Shown: one piece after another, positions 8,759 to 18,309 of the stretch
Position numbering within the stretch: position 1 is the stretch's first letter
Layout of the letters: each line of letters starts with the position of its first letter
Source: a virus
Virus record (IMG/VR): IMGVR_UViG_3300012984_000016
Span: 1-64,000 of that record
Reading direction: 5' to 3' (one strand)
DNA: 64,000 nt
The notes under the pieces: model-generated
The model's input: the letters and a program-made list of their open reading frames with translations, nothing else
Databases searched by the model: none
What the model was told of the DNA's origin: nothing
Made by a program: the position numbers and the translations under genes

Positions 8759-9270
8759 GGGTGCGACTCGCGGTACGTGTTGAACTCGGCTCGGAGGTTC
8801 TGCAGGTCCTGACGGAACGACACCTGCTGGTTGGTCAGCGCAGTGAGACCGGCTGCCGCACGGTTGATCACGTCGAGGAAGGCCTGCATGGTCTGGAAGC
8901 CGATGAGGTCCGCGAGGAAGCCGATCTCATCGTCCGTCTGACCGTAGTCACGGAGCATGATCAGCGTCGGGATGATGGCCGGTGCGACGTTGGCGATCTC
9001 TTCCTTCGACACGTACCCGTCCTGAGTGGCCTCCCGCAGCGAGTTGAGAGCGCCACGCATGGAGGTGACGAGTTGGTCGCGAGTCACCCCTGTGCCGTTC
9101 GGCTGCGTGTCGGTGGCCGGGTAGCGCAGGGCGTCCTCGGCGATCTCAGCCGCGACAGCAGCACGGGGACCGTCGAGCAGTTCGAACCCAGCGGTGAGGA
9201 TGCTCACCAACTTGCTGCCGACCTCGAACCGCGTGACCGTGCCGTCACCGTTCATCCACTCGTGGAACAT
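8755..9270 (-). CDS. hypothetical protein
   Basis: 171 aa, coupled to both neighbours. Confidence 0.65.
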   Translation of the reverse strand: MFHEWMNGDGTVTRFEVGSKLVSILTAGFELLDGPRAAVAAEIAEDALRYPATDTQPNGTGVTRDQLVTSMRGALNSLREATQDGYVSKEEIANVAPAIIPTLIMLRDYGQTDDEIGFLADLIGFQTMQAFLDVINRAAAGLTALTNQQVSFRQDLQNLRAEFNTYRESHP

Positions 9271-9271
9271 G

Positions 9272-10165
9272 TCAACTCCTGACTACGATGAACGGACCGC
9301 CGTCGACGGCTCCTGAGGTCTGAGCAAGGTTCTTGATTGGTACACCGAAGGGCGAGTAGTTGACACTGGACCCACCGTTGGGGATGAAGAAGGGAGAGAC
9401 GGTGGTGAACGCGATGCCGTCGATGTTGGGGGACAGCCCAGAGTGCGACTGACCGAAGCCGTCGCCCGTGTCGAGGTAGGCCTCGCCACCCAGGTACACC
9501 TCCGCGAGCCGACCGCGCACACCCGAGTTGTCCTCACTGACCACGAAGGGCCAGTAGATGACATTCGACCCGCCGGTCTCCCTCTTGTTGATCAGCGAGC
9601 CGACTACGCCAGGGTTGATCACCGCCTGACGCATGGTCATCAGTTCGGCGGGCTCCCACGCCGCTGCGTTGAGCCCCTTCTTCACGTAGCACTTCTCGGT
9701 GCCCGTGTCGGACGAGGCGGACGTACCGGACATCGCCACGACCTGATCTGCCACCACGTTGTCCGAGAGGTAGTACGGCACCAGCGGGAACATGCCGAAG
9801 AACGATCGGGTGCTGCCCCATGTGGCGTCCTTGGCTCCGGTGCCAGCAGGGGCCGGTCCCTCCAGGCAGATGAACACATGGTTGGGACCGACACTCATCG
9901 TGAGAATGAAGGTGCCGGACAGCGAGGTGGCTCCGGTGTAGATGTACAGCGTCTTGTTCGAGGTGCCGATGGCCGAGCAGGTGATGGCAGCCGCCGCGAC
10001 CGCGTCGATGGTGAACGACACCAGCCGGTCCTGGCCCGAGGCTGAGGAGTTCGAGTAGGTGAACGGGTACGAGGCCCCAGTTTTGGTCCACCCTGCAGTG
10101 GACATCACCGAGTCGATCTGCGCCTGGATGCCCGTACCCACGACGGAGCCTGTGTAGAACGTCAT
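9272..10165 (-). CDS. putative virion structural / minor tail protein
   Basis: Gly/Ser/Thr-rich beta protein, GVRGRL motif, in a structural-looking cluster. Confidence 0.6.
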   Translation of the reverse strand: MTFYTGSVVGTGIQAQIDSVMSTAGWTKTGASYPFTYSNSSASGQDRLVSFTIDAVAAAAITCSAIGTSNKTLYIYTGATSLSGTFILTMSVGPNHVFICLEGPAPAGTGAKDATWGSTRSFFGMFPLVPYYLSDNVVADQVVAMSGTSASSDTGTEKCYVKKGLNAAAWEPAELMTMRQAVINPGVVGSLINKRETGGSNVIYWPFVVSEDNSGVRGRLAEVYLGGEAYLDTGDGFGQSHSGLSPNIDGIAFTTVSPFFIPNGGSSVNYSPFGVPIKNLAQTSGAVDGGPFIVVRS

Positions 10166-10167
10166 GA

Positions 10168-11589
10168 CTAGTTGGCCTCCACCAATTGAGAGATCTTGTC
10201 TCGGCCCAGGAACAGGTGACCCACCTGGCCCAGCCCGCTGTACAGCGGACCCTCGGCCACCAGGTAGTCGTAGGGCCAGGCTCCAGCAGCGAAGTCGGTG
10301 CCCGGGGCGCGCTCGAACAACACTTCATCGATCACGGCTGCGTTGTTGGGGGTGCTGTAGCAGATGCTGACACCGCCGAACACTCCCGGACCCGTGGCAC
10401 CGCCTGTGCCGGGTGTCGTGGCCTCCAGCACCTTGGTCCAGGGACCACTGATGGACGTGCCGGTGTACGTCTCGTGCCGCGTGAAGTTCTCGTACGGTGC
10501 GAAGTCCAGCGCGGTGGGGAACTGAGCCGCGTCGTACTTCACGTACGTACGGTGCTGGATGTACTGGCCCGAGGTGATCAGAGTCGCGTAGTTCTGACCC
10601 CAGATGAACCCACCCTTGGTGTCCGAGCCTGCGTACGCCACACCGTACTGAGCACCAGGCTCCGAAGAGTTGATGCCGATCTGCAGAGGTCCACCTACGT
10701 TGAACTGGATCTTGAACGTGCCGCTGACGTACTTGAAGGTGAGGATCGAAGCGATCCCGAGGTCACGGTTGTTGTCCGTCGAGTTCGAGTCTGGGCTGAT
10801 CAACTGAGTCAACACGTTGCTGTTGATGGACAGTTGGTTGCCGACGATGGTCAGGTTGGAGGAAGCACTCACGTTCGACAGCGGAGCCTGCGGAGGGATG
10901 TCGGCTGCCGTGCAGTCCCAGTTACCGTTGGCCCGGGCGAAGATGTCGTAGAAGTAGGAGCCGCGAGCGGTCGGGAACCCACGGTTGGCTGCGGCCTTGA
11001 CTACCAGCCGGTTGCACTTGGCACCAGAGACCGTGGACCAGAACCCTGCGCGGGTGTTGCCACGGGTGGTGGTCACCGGGCTCTGACTGCGGTCCGTGAT
11101 CAGAAGACGCAGGGTCTGCTTGCCGTTGATGCTGACGAACCAGCCGTTGCTGCGTGCACCAAGAATGACGGTGAACTCGGTGCCAGCCGGGATCCAGCAC
11201 CGAGCCTCTTGTCCGTTGTCCATGTACGTGCTGCCGAACGGCTTGCCCGTGGACTGCTGGGACTCGGACCAGAGCCGGAACACGAACCCCTCGCCGCCCG
11301 GGTCAGCGAACACACCGAAGTACACTCCGGCTGCACCGTCAGGAGCGGAGCCCGGAACTCCGATGCACACCCCCGCCTGATCCTGAACCGGCAGATCGGC
11401 CTCGACGATCCCAGCCCAGTTCGGGTTGTTCATCAACATGAACCGCTTGCTGCTGCCACTCATGGTGGTCGACGAGGAGACCGCCTGACCACCCGAGACT
11501 GAGTACCCGTTGTTGACGGACAGCGGGGTGAGATCTGCAGCGCCGACATTGAAGGGGGACGAGAAGACCTGGGTGAGAAGCGTAGTCAT
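10168..11589 (-). CDS. putative minor tail / receptor-binding protein
   Basis: 473 aa G/S/T/N-rich beta-sandwich-like composition. Confidence 0.6.
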   Translation of the reverse strand: MTTLLTQVFSSPFNVGAADLTPLSVNNGYSVSGGQAVSSSTTMSGSSKRFMLMNNPNWAGIVEADLPVQDQAGVCIGVPGSAPDGAAGVYFGVFADPGGEGFVFRLWSESQQSTGKPFGSTYMDNGQEARCWIPAGTEFTVILGARSNGWFVSINGKQTLRLLITDRSQSPVTTTRGNTRAGFWSTVSGAKCNRLVVKAAANRGFPTARGSYFYDIFARANGNWDCTAADIPPQAPLSNVSASSNLTIVGNQLSINSNVLTQLISPDSNSTDNNRDLGIASILTFKYVSGTFKIQFNVGGPLQIGINSSEPGAQYGVAYAGSDTKGGFIWGQNYATLITSGQYIQHRTYVKYDAAQFPTALDFAPYENFTRHETYTGTSISGPWTKVLEATTPGTGGATGPGVFGGVSICYSTPNNAAVIDEVLFERAPGTDFAAGAWPYDYLVAEGPLYSGLGQVGHLFLGRDKISQLVEAN

Positions 11590-11630
11590 CGTCCGTCCTT
11601 ACTGGTGTCGGTCAGGTCGCAGCCGGGAGG

Positions 11631-12059
11631 CTACAACTTGAAGATCTTCGTGGCACCGTTGGACCAGGCGATGGTCACGTCACCACCGTTGGGGATGACC
11701 GGGAAGTTGGTGCCCGTGTCGATGTAGCCGATGAGACGCTGCGCGGTCGCAGCCACATCCGCGCCGCCGCCGACCGCCGAGGACTGGAACAGCAGCCCGT
11801 AGTGGTTGGATGCGTTGGTCGGGACCGCTGTGTACACCACGTCGTCAGCGTCGGCGACGCCACCCGTGATGGACTTCGTGGTCAGAGCGCCAGAGGTGAC
11901 GTGGAGCACGCCGCCTGCAGTGGTCAGGTCCGACACGAACTTGTGAGCAGCGTTGAACGTGTAGGCCCGAACGAGGGCCAACTTGATGACAGCGGTGTCC
12001 CAGTCGATCTCACCCGCCAGGAACCCCTCGCGGCCTGGATCGAACAGTGAGTTAGCCAT
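11631..12059 (-). CDS. virion structural protein
   Basis: MANSLF...IDWDTAVIKLAL...ADADDV...PNGGDVTIAW...IFKL, a pattern common in phage virion proteins. Confidence 0.75.
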   Translation of the reverse strand: MANSLFDPGREGFLAGEIDWDTAVIKLALVRAYTFNAAHKFVSDLTTAGGVLHVTSGALTTKSITGGVADADDVVYTAVPTNASNHYGLLFQSSAVGGGADVAATAQRLIGYIDTGTNFPVIPNGGDVTIAWSNGATKIFKL

Positions 12060-12101
12060 GGTCTGTTACTCCTCGCTCGTCTGGTGTGGCACTTGACTGA
12101 A

Positions 12102-12138
12102 GGTGGGGCAAGCACTGGCCACAGGCACTCGCCCCACC
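12102..12138 (-). terminator. stem-loop
   Basis: GGTGGGGC...GCCCCACC inverted repeat just after the stop at 12143. Confidence 0.45.
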
Positions 12139-12142
12139 CGTC

Positions 12143-12481
12143 TCAGTTGACCTTGACGACGGCGACCGAGAGGCCGACGACCGACGAGTAGGTCAGGTAC
12201 GCGCGACCGTCGGCCGGGTTGGCGAACGACGAGCCCCGGAGCGGGCCGACGATGCGCTCACCCGTGGCGGGCAGCGTGACCGTGGCGTCCGGGATGGCGA
12301 CACCCGTGCCGGGGTCGACATCCGGGTACGAACCGATGGTGACGACCGCGACCGTGCCGGTGGTCTTGAAGTGGAGGTAGGTGCCGTCGCCGCACGGCAC
12401 CGTGTCGCCACCCGCGTTGCAGGTGTTGTACGTCGGGTTGGTACCGGCGAGGCTCGGAGCCTGTGCGGTCAGGGCTGCCAT
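12143..12481 (-). CDS. virion structural protein
   Basis: MAALTAQAPSLAG...GGDTVPCG...VTLPATGERIVGP; AAGGAG RBS. Confidence 0.65.
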   Translation of the reverse strand: MAALTAQAPSLAGTNPTYNTCNAGGDTVPCGDGTYLHFKTTGTVAVVTIGSYPDVDPGTGVAIPDATVTLPATGERIVGPLRGSSFANPADGRAYLTYSSVVGLSVAVVKVN

Positions 12482-12533
12482 GACATGTACTCCTTGGGGT
12501 GGGTCGGGGTGTGGCAGGTCTGCAACAAGTGTG

Positions 12534-13076
12534 TCACGTGCGGGAGGGCTCTTCCGTACTCGGCAGCGCAGCCAGTTCCCCAGCGAAGGCCGAAACGATG
12601 TACGACTCGAGAGCGATCCGGTCCTGTGGGCACAGGTGCTCACCCATGAATTCGAGCAACTTGGTCTGCTGTTGGCGGATGGCATCGACGTGCAGGAAGA
12701 ACTCGGCCTTGACGCCGAACAGGCCGAACAGTTTCGCTCGCTGATCCTGGCAGGCGGTGACCCGCGCGAGGCAGGAGATCTTCGTCTGCTCGGAGTTGGT
12801 CTTGTTGAACAACTTCCATGCCTCAGCCTTGACGAGGTCGAGTTCCTCCAGGGCCTTGATCGTGTTGCCGAGCACGTCCCGCAGCAGGTCCGGGTTGTTG
12901 CGGGCCTCGTCCCGGATCTTCTCGATGTACTCCTTGCGGTAGCGGCTGACCGTGCCGGGGCTGACCTCGATGTCCTTGGCGATCTCGATGTTCGAGAGGC
13001 CCTTCTTGATCCCCACGAACGCCTTCTGCTTGCGCTCGCCGATCTTGTACTTGGACTTGGTCTTGCCCTTGGACAC
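12534..13076 (-). CDS. HTH protein, probable terminase small subunit
   Basis: GLSNIEIAKDIEVSPGTVSRY HTH followed by helices and QRAKLFGL, as in actinophage TerS-like proteins; GGAGGT RBS. Confidence 0.55.
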   Translation of the reverse strand: MSKGKTKSKYKIGERKQKAFVGIKKGLSNIEIAKDIEVSPGTVSRYRKEYIEKIRDEARNNPDLLRDVLGNTIKALEELDLVKAEAWKLFNKTNSEQTKISCLARVTACQDQRAKLFGLFGVKAEFFLHVDAIRQQQTKLLEFMGEHLCPQDRIALESYIVSAFAGELAALPSTEEPSRT

Positions 13077-13235
13077 GACTACCTCCACGCTCAGAACGGC
13101 ACGATGCGTACTAGTTTCGTGCTAGTTCAAGCGTGATGGTGAACTGCCAGGCGAGCAAAGTAGTGCCTGACGTCGATGGTTTCTACTCGTTTCGAGTCAG
13201 AAGTAGTACGTAACTGACGATCGAGTAGGACGGAA

Positions 13236-13451
13236 CTAACGCTCGTCGGCTCGGTGCTGGCCGGGGTAGCGCACGTCGCGGGGGTTGTTGCAGCCGGAGC
13301 AGAAGGCCCCGGGGTTGTACCGGGACAGGACCACGCCGCAGTCCTCGGAGGCGCACACGCGGCGCTCTCCGTAGGATCGGGAAGGGGTTCGGCCCGAGGG
13401 CCAGGGGACGGTGCCGAGCCCCACGCGGGAGGCTGGCTTCCCCTCAGTCAC
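13236..13451 (-). CDS. small Zn-finger protein
   Basis: RVCASEDCGVVLSRYNPGAFCSGC. Confidence 0.6.
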   Translation of the reverse strand: MTEGKPASRVGLGTVPWPSGRTPSRSYGERRVCASEDCGVVLSRYNPGAFCSGCNNPRDVRYPGQHRADER

Positions 13452-13707
13452 CCGGAGGCACCGACCAGCCGAGAGCACCTTGGCGCTGGACCGCGAGGCG
13501 GTCGGCTGCCGAACGGAGAAGGATCTCCGCGTGCTCCAGGGCCATGGTGGACGACACCGAACCGCGAACGATCCCGGGCATCTCCAACCAGTTCTCGCCT
13601 TGCAAACCTGACACCCTCTGCATCACCACCGCCGCCTGGTTGACCTCGGCGAGTGCGGGGTCGACTGCGATGATGTACTCGGGCTGGGGAAGCGGCTGCA
13701 CAGACAC
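13444..13707 (-). CDS. hypothetical protein
   Basis: ORF filling the operon; start approximate. Confidence 0.45.
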   Translation of the reverse strand: MSVQPLPQPEYIIAVDPALAEVNQAAVVMQRVSGLQGENWLEMPGIVRGSVSSTMALEHAEILLRSAADRLAVQRQGALGWSVPPGD

Positions 13708-13824
13708 AGCGGACTCCGATTCTGTTGTAACGTCTGGAGTGCGCCCTCGCGGGTCGGAGTCAAGCCCTCTCGCACAGGGTCGAGTCTTTCGCGCTACGGC
13801 CACGCTTGGCGATATGGGGTAATC

Positions 13825-14289
13825 TTACGCAGCCTGAGCGTGGTCTGCAGCGAGCCGAGCGACCGCCAGAGCGTCCGCCACGTCGTCACTGGTGGTGTCA
13901 ATCCAGGGCTGGGCAGCGGCCACCATCATGGCCTTGTCTGCCTTGCCGGAACCGGTGGCGAACTTCTTCGCTGCGGTACCGATGATCGGGGTCCAGTCCA
14001 CCCCGTACCCGGCTTCCCACATGCGCAACTTGACGATGCCCACGACCTCGCCGAGCCGGGACAGGTTGGTCGGGCGAGAGAAGGCGTACTCCTCGATCGC
14101 CATGATGTCGAACGTGTAGCCCTTGCAGAAGCGGATGAGCCGGTCGGCGATGTAGTCAGCCCGCTGGACGTTGACACCATCCTTGGGTGCGGTCTTGAAG
14201 TTGGCGTGCTTCAGGACCACGTCCTTCTCGGAGTCGTAGATCACTACGCCCGGGGACGTGAGTGAGCAGTCGAGCCCGAGTACGATCAC
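13825..14289 (-). CDS. ruvC: RuvC-like Holliday junction resolvase
   Basis: VLGLDCSLTSPG, AIEE, KKFATGSGKADK, DDVADALA. Confidence 0.88.
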   Translation of the reverse strand: MIVLGLDCSLTSPGVVIYDSEKDVVLKHANFKTAPKDGVNVQRADYIADRLIRFCKGYTFDIMAIEEYAFSRPTNLSRLGEVVGIVKLRMWEAGYGVDWTPIIGTAAKKFATGSGKADKAMMVAAAQPWIDTTSDDVADALAVARLAADHAQAA

Positions 14290-14612
14290 GCCTCGACCCA
14301 CTTGCCATCTCGGATCCACCCATGCTTACCACAGCAGTCGGAGGCGAGGATCGAAGGCTCGGTGTGCAGCGGGTCTGCGGAGTGGAACTCGTGGGACTGG
14401 ATGCCGGAGGCGACCCACGTCGGGAAGTACCCCGGGTCCACGTCGCCCCGCTGGACGTGCGGCCACAGGTGCCCGTCGCACAGGTGCCACCAGAGGATGT
14501 GCATGATGTCGTAGATCTGCTCAGTCTCGTCGCCACGCTTGTACCAGGTGATCGCGGTGTCGCCGCCGAGGAAGGTGGCTCCGCGCTCCTCAAGTTCTTC
14601 CCTGGTCATCAT
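14286..14612 (-). CDS. hypothetical Cys/His protein
   Basis: WWHLC...PLHTEPSILASDCCGKHGWIRDGKW; coupled to neighbours. Confidence 0.6.
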   Translation of the reverse strand: MMTREELEERGATFLGGDTAITWYKRGDETEQIYDIMHILWWHLCDGHLWPHVQRGDVDPGYFPTWVASGIQSHEFHSADPLHTEPSILASDCCGKHGWIRDGKWVEA

Positions 14613-14758
14613 CGGTGTGCCGACTTCACGGTTGCGACATTCGCACAGGTGTGCTTCATCTCCACCCCGTTGACCGTGGTCTTGCGCCAGCCGCACGTGG
14701 GGCAAGGCGCACCCATCCAGACCAACGGAGGGATCGTGGCTGTGCCGACTGCTGTCAT
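14609..14758 (-). CDS. 49-aa CxxC protein
   Basis: MTAVGTATIPPLVWMGAPCPTCGW..., coupled to both neighbours. Confidence 0.5.
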   Translation of the reverse strand: MTAVGTATIPPLVWMGAPCPTCGWRKTTVNGVEMKHTCANVATVKSAHR

Positions 14759-15285
14759 CAGACGCTCACCCCTACCTCGACTGCCTCGCGGAACCTAGTG
14801 GACATCGTGCCGTCGAGGAAGGCGATCAGGGAGGCGACCAGTTCGAGACCGGTCGGCATCTCTCCGTACCCGTAGCCCTCTTCGAGCAGGTGATCGCGGA
14901 AGCACCGCTGGTCGATGGGATCCATAGTGTGAACCATGGCTCCGCAGATTGCCGGCGAAGGCTGCTGCCTGTAGAAACCAATGAGTGATGCCACCAGTTC
15001 GAGTCCTGATGGCACCTCGTGACGGTCGTACCCTTCCTCGATCAGGTAGGTCTTGAACTTCCGCCGCTCCCCTTCTGCCATGCCTCCCCACACGCCGTAC
15101 TCTTCGCGGTGGACCAGCGCACCCTCCAGACACCGAACCCGCTCGACACACGAGAAGCACAATCGCGTGGCCAGGTCCTCGCGGTCGACCCGCCCGTCTT
15201 CCATCCGACCGTCGTCCACGGATGAGAAGAACAACTCAGGGTTGGTCTCGCAGTGGTGTTGTTGTTCCAGGGTGGTTACTGTCAT
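14758..15285 (-). CDS. whiB: WhiB-family transcription factor with duplicated C-terminal extension
   Basis: C..PELFF...CFSCVERVRC...YGVWGG..ER; four Cys. Confidence 0.88.
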   Translation of the reverse strand: MTVTTLEQQHHCETNPELFFSSVDDGRMEDGRVDREDLATRLCFSCVERVRCLEGALVHREEYGVWGGMAEGERRKFKTYLIEEGYDRHEVPSGLELVASLIGFYRQQPSPAICGAMVHTMDPIDQRCFRDHLLEEGYGYGEMPTGLELVASLIAFLDGTMSTRFREAVEVGVSV

Positions 15286-15391
15286 GAGGCCTGTTCCCTA
15301 AAAGATCTTCGGGAGTGGTAGCCGCCACCCCTCAGAGGGAACTATGCCTCATGCCCTCACCCAAGCCTGACCGAGGCTCGCGAAATGGGCC

Positions 15392-16651
15392 CTATGGCCT
15401 AGTGCCGCCGTTAATGTTGATCGTGATCGACAGGCTCACGGTCGGCCCACCCTCGACGCTCGCGGGGAGGGTCACGGAGAACGGCTCCAGCGTCGCCTGG
15501 GCGGCTTCTCCCTGCTCGCCAGCCTCGGGGCTAGGCTCCACGGCGGCTTCGGCCTCCTCGTCCGTCTCCAGGTCGCTGAGTGCCTCGGAGGTCTCCTCCG
15601 GCGACGGAGGCTCGGGCGTGAGGCGCGGGCCGTTGATGAACTCGACCTCGCCCACCACGTCGGACTCGCAGTACAGCGCGGGCTCGAGAACCGACCGGCG
15701 TTCGAAGTCGTACTTCCGCACGCCCACGGTCTTGTGCCCCTGCCAGATGCGCGTGTACTTGAAGAACTCGCACAGCGTGGACTGGATGTTGCACAGCGAC
15801 AGGTCCAGCGGCTCCCCGTCATGGTCGAGAGGCCGGACGAAGGGCAGGTCGCGTGCTGCGAACTCCTCCCGTTGGTGCGCGTGCAGCCAGCGCATGACCA
15901 TGAGCAGGTTCCGAGGCTTCACGTCGGGTGCGAGCATCGCCCACATACCGCTGCGTGCGCCGGGTCCTGCTTGGGCCCACTGGTTCTGACCGTACGGGAG
16001 CACGGGGTCCGGTCCGGTGAGCAAGTCCACCACGATCTGGTGGGCCAGGAACTCGCCGAGGCCGGGGATGTCCTTGAAGACCTTGAAGATGGTCTGCACG
16101 TCCGGAGACGCCTCGACCCTTCGGTGGTACTCGGGCATCATGTCCGCGATCTTCACGAACAGGCGACCGACGTTCTCGATCTTGTCCTCGCCGCCCTCGT
16201 CGTTGTACCCCGCCACACGGTAGGCGTCACCGAAGACCTTGAACACGTCGGAGTCCTGCTCGCGGAGGACCTTGATGAACACGTCCACGTCGTAGTCGTC
16301 CACGGTGGATGCGACCAGCCGGTGCGTGGGCGGCTGGGATCCCATGAGACGGTACATCACGACGTTGAACATCTTGTCCAGGTCGGAGTAGTCGGCGTTC
16401 TCCACGATGGATGACACGACGTACTGCGTGCCGGGATCCAACTCGCGGTAGTTGTTGGTGATGAACTCGGCCTGCAGGATCGGGTCCTGAGTCCAGGGCC
16501 ACTCGCGCTGCATGCACACACGCCGGAACCACACGGCTTGACGTTCGGCCACGAACCGCCAGTACAGATCGTACTGGGTGGGGTCGAAGCAGGTGATGTC
16601 GAAGTCCTTCTCGGCGACGTACCGCTTGACCGAGTCCGTGGCCTCTGTCAT
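15392..16651 (-). CDS. 5-hmdU DNA kinase-family protein (aGPT-Pplase1, helical domain)
   Basis: FVAERQAVWFRR..WPWTQDPIL..FITNNYRELD, GLGEFLAHQIVVDL, GPGARSG, IQSTLCEFFKY. Confidence 0.8.
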   Translation of the reverse strand: MTEATDSVKRYVAEKDFDITCFDPTQYDLYWRFVAERQAVWFRRVCMQREWPWTQDPILQAEFITNNYRELDPGTQYVVSSIVENADYSDLDKMFNVVMYRLMGSQPPTHRLVASTVDDYDVDVFIKVLREQDSDVFKVFGDAYRVAGYNDEGGEDKIENVGRLFVKIADMMPEYHRRVEASPDVQTIFKVFKDIPGLGEFLAHQIVVDLLTGPDPVLPYGQNQWAQAGPGARSGMWAMLAPDVKPRNLLMVMRWLHAHQREEFAARDLPFVRPLDHDGEPLDLSLCNIQSTLCEFFKYTRIWQGHKTVGVRKYDFERRSVLEPALYCESDVVGEVEFINGPRLTPEPPSPEETSEALSDLETDEEAEAAVEPSPEAGEQGEAAQATLEPFSVTLPASVEGGPTVSLSITININGGTRP

Positions 16652-17031
16652 TTCTTGCCCTTCTTCTTCTTACGCCCCTTGCTAGCCTTGGGCGGCTTGG
16701 GCTTCGGAGGGGGCGGTGTCTTCGGAGACGGACCGTGGCCCGCCACTGCTCCCTTTGTGTAGTGCGGCTTCCACTTCTTGACAGAAGCCTCCACCTTGTG
16801 TTCCTTCTCAAGCGCGGACACCTTGCGCTCCTCGCGGGCGACATCGAAGTCCGGGTCCATAGTCTTGCGTGTCTTCTTCCAGGCCTCGTAAATCCTCCCC
16901 ATACCGGTCTGGCGCTTCTCAGGAGACATGGCGTCGTCCTCGTCGAACACCGCGTCAGCCGTGGAGAAGAACTCCAGCAGGGGACCGGTGGCCGCGATGA
17001 GATCGTCGACCCTGCGGTCAGCCTTGGGCAT
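16648..17031 (-). CDS. hypothetical protein with basic C-terminus
   Basis: coupled ORF, K/P-rich tail. Confidence 0.6.
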   Translation of the reverse strand: MPKADRRVDDLIAATGPLLEFFSTADAVFDEDDAMSPEKRQTGMGRIYEAWKKTRKTMDPDFDVAREERKVSALEKEHKVEASVKKWKPHYTKGAVAGHGPSPKTPPPPKPKPPKASKGRKKKKGKK

Positions 17032-17425
17032 CGAGAGTTCCCTTGAACCGCTCCGCTGCCTGAGCCACGCCCTTGAGCGAAGCCACCATCGCCTGCGATG
17101 CCTCATGCTTGGCAATGTCCTTCCGTGCTGCCTTGCGGATCCGACGCTCCTGCGCCGGAGTCAGCGGACGCCCACCGTTCTGCTCGATGTAGTGAGCGAT
17201 GCGATCCTCAGCGGACAGCGGAGCCGGGGCTGTGCCGCCCGAGCCGTTGATGATGGAACGGAGGTAGCGGTCGTGCGCCTCCTGTCCCTCGAACTCCTTG
17301 CGGTCGAAGCCGACCGGAGTACGGGGCGGGGGTGCGGGCCGGTTCACGGTGGGTCGGGAGTTGCGTGCGTACTCCTCCATGAGCGGCTTGACCTCGTCAG
17401 GCGCGGGCTCGCGGACCTCTGTCAT
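17018..17425 (-). CDS. hypothetical protein
   Basis: GGAGG RBS, LTPAQERRIRK motif. Confidence 0.6.
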   Translation of the reverse strand: MTEVREPAPDEVKPLMEEYARNSRPTVNRPAPPPRTPVGFDRKEFEGQEAHDRYLRSIINGSGGTAPAPLSAEDRIAHYIEQNGGRPLTPAQERRIRKAARKDIAKHEASQAMVASLKGVAQAAERFKGTLDAQG

Positions 17426-18309
17426 GCTGCCTCCTCGAATGCCTTCATGGCCTCGGCCCACACCTCGTCGATCGAGGTGAAGCCCTTGTACGCCTTGCGC
17501 TGCAACTTCTCATCGGACAACTTCTGGACGTGGCACACCTTGTAGAACTGGCAAGTGTCCGCCATGCTCGAACCCAACTTGCAGTCGGGGTGCATGGGAG
17601 GCATGCGCCGCTTCTTCAGATGCGCGTGCTGTTCCTTGAGCCAGGCGACCGCTGACTTCCAGTGGCCGGTGTCGAAGCCCACCGCGAAGCACTTGGTACG
17701 CTGCGTGTCCTTGCAGTCGTACAGCAGGATGCCGTCCTCGATCCCCTTGGCCTTCATGTAAGCCAAGAGTTGGCGGACCGCGTCGTCCTTCGGTTCGTCC
17801 TCGCGGTTGATCCAGTCGAAGCCGCGACGGTTGATGCCCTTGATGTCGATGACGTACAACTTGCCGTGGATGAGCAAGGTCACGTCGAGGTTGCCAGCGA
17901 CATGCCACTCGTCGAGGTGGACGAAGTACTCGATGTCGATGACCTTGAACTTCTCGGGGTCTCCGAACACCGCCTCCATGTCACGGAACAGTGCCTGCCA
18001 CTTGTGGTGTCTCCAGTTGCCGTCGTCGAACAGCAACTCCTTGTCGGGGTTGACCTTGCGCGAGCCCTTGTACCCCAGGAACTTGAGGATCGCCTGGCGG
18101 TCGCATCGGCCGATGGACGACGGGGAGAAGCGACCACCCGGACGGGCCCGCGCCACCATGGAGATCTCATGCGAGCGCACCCGGCCCTTGGCCTTCGGGG
18201 TGTCGCGGATGATCATGTACTCATCGATCAGTGGGCGCAGCGGATCGAGTTCCTTGCTGTGTAGACGCTTGACCATGTCAGCCAGCATCTTGCTGTCGCC
18301 TGGGGTCAC
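17422..18309 (-). CDS. Cas4-like PD-(D/E)XK exonuclease
   Basis: SPSSIGRC, GNWRH, GNLD...IDIK, QLLAYM, C-terminal Cys cluster. Confidence 0.8.
   Translation of the reverse strand: MTPGDSKMLADMVKRLHSKELDPLRPLIDEYMIIRDTPKAKGRVRSHEISMVARARPGGRFSPSSIGRCDRQAILKFLGYKGSRKVNPDKELLFDDGNWRHHKWQALFRDMEAVFGDPEKFKVIDIEYFVHLDEWHVAGNLDVTLLIHGKLYVIDIKGINRRGFDWINREDEPKDDAVRQLLAYMKAKGIEDGILLYDCKDTQRTKCFAVGFDTGHWKSAVAWLKEQHAHLKKRRMPPMHPDCKLGSSMADTCQFYKVCHVQKLSDEKLQRKAYKGFTSIDEVWAEAMKAFEEAA

Noticed and set aside
17422-18309. Cas4-like gene suggesting a CRISPR system
   Set aside because: No repeat-spacer array or other cas genes; solo Cas4-like nucleases beside RecA are common in phages
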